Shown here: in pieces, positions 63,369 through 64,000 of the stretch
Layout: each line of letters starts with the position of its first letter
How positions within the stretch are numbered: position 1 is the first letter of the stretch
Assembly (NCBI GenBank): GCA_963748015.1
Contig: CAVVHE010000004.1
Coordinates: forward strand, 1,600,001-1,664,000
Length of the DNA stretch: 64,000 nucleotides
DNA from: Terriglobia bacterium
Lineage (GTDB): Bacteria > Acidobacteriota > Polarisedimenticolia > Polarisedimenticolales > JAIQFR01
Direction: 5' to 3'
Notes under the pieces: generated by a model
Seen by the model: the letters and a program-made list of their open reading frames with translations, nothing else
The model's database searches: none
What the model was told of the DNA's origin: nothing
Program-made: the position numbers and the translations under genes

Positions 63369-63451
63369 AGCCGCGCGTTCTCGCGGCTTGGGTTCGTAGG
63401 CGGCCCTTTTTCGGGCCGACGAGAACCCAAGCCGTCGAGGACGCGCGGCTT
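63369..63451 (+). repeat. Intergenic hairpin repeat, copy 9
   Basis: Core GTAGGCGGCCC-TTTTTC-GGGCCGACGA with inverted arms. Confidence 0.88.
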
Positions 63452-63502
63452 AGTCACGGGGGGCCCGGTGCGATCGGTGCCAAAACGGGTACGATAGGCG
63501 CC

Positions 63503-64000
63503 ATGAGCACCTTCGGAACCAACATCGGCTACGTTGACGAGCTCTATGCCCGCTATCTCGTGAACCCCGAGTCGGTGAGCGAAGCGTGGCGGGAGTTCTT
63601 CGCGGACTACCGCCCCTCCGCGGCCACCCCCGCGCCTCCGCCGGCGAGCGCCGCCGGCGCCGCGTTGCCTCCCCCGGTCCCGCGCGTCCCGATGGCGGAG
63701 CCGCCGCCGGGGGCCGAGCTGCTCGCGGGAGCGCCCGCGCGGATCGCCCAGAACATGGAGGCCAGCCTCGCGGTCCCGACGGCGACCTCGGTCCGCACCA
63801 TCCCGGTGAAGCTTCTCGAGGAGAACCGCCGCCTGATCAACCAGAGCCGCTCCGCGCACGCGCGGTCCAAGGTGTCGTTCACCCACCTGATCGCGTGGGC
63901 GGTGGTCCGGGCCGTCGAGCGGCACCCGGCGATGAACGCCCGCTTCGCCGAGGCGGGCGGAAAGCTCTACCGCGTGCCGGGCGACCGGATCCACGTCGGC
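63503..64000 (+). CDS. kgd: Multifunctional 2-oxoglutarate dehydrogenase E1 with a fused E2-like domain (Kgd type), 5' part
   Basis: MSTFGTNIGYVDELY..NPESVSEAWREFF, then NMEASLAVPTATSVR..KVSFTHLIAWA. Confidence 0.9.
   Translation, partial: MSTFGTNIGYVDELYARYLVNPESVSEAWREFFADYRPSAATPAPPPASAAGAALPPPVPRVPMAEPPPGAELLAGAPARIAQNMEASLAVPTATSVRTIPVKLLEENRRLINQSRSAHARSKVSFTHLIAWAVVRAVERHPAMNARFAEAGGKLYRVPGDRIHVG

Overview
Very GC-rich bacterial chromosome segment. The gene content suggests a facultatively anaerobic diderm, possibly Acidobacteriota-like, but that is inference only. Positions 1 to ~22,050 are accessory. They hold large secreted modular proteins (an HExxH protease/DUF1566/ELWxxDGT giant, an esterase, a beta-helix/Cys-rich protein and a 14-blade FG-GAP protein) and a decayed island. 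In that island three cargo genes alternate with three truncated copies of a small tyrosine recombinase, and three tRNA-fMet-like att tails are present. Positions ~22,090-64,000 are mostly housekeeping: HIT, murA, serS, glnS, gltX, four tRNAs, cydAB, ettA, thioredoxin-fold proteins, a menA-like gene, nifJ, a hybrid histidine kinase, PMM, fumC, an S8 peptidase, an ALDH and kgd/sucA. The strongest leads are: (1) a dispersed family of at least 9 intergenic hairpins with a conserved core (27 nt in eight copies) and co-varying, copy-specific arms; (2) the integrase-stub/cargo tandem array at a degenerate tRNA-fMet-like site; (3) a shared ~90-120 aa C-terminal module on unrelated secreted proteins; (4) a peroxiredoxin with an in-frame TGA at the catalytic Cys position (probable selenoprotein). 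Several small frameshifts, including in glnS and gltX, are probably assembly errors. All family assignments come from motif recognition by eye; no searches were run.
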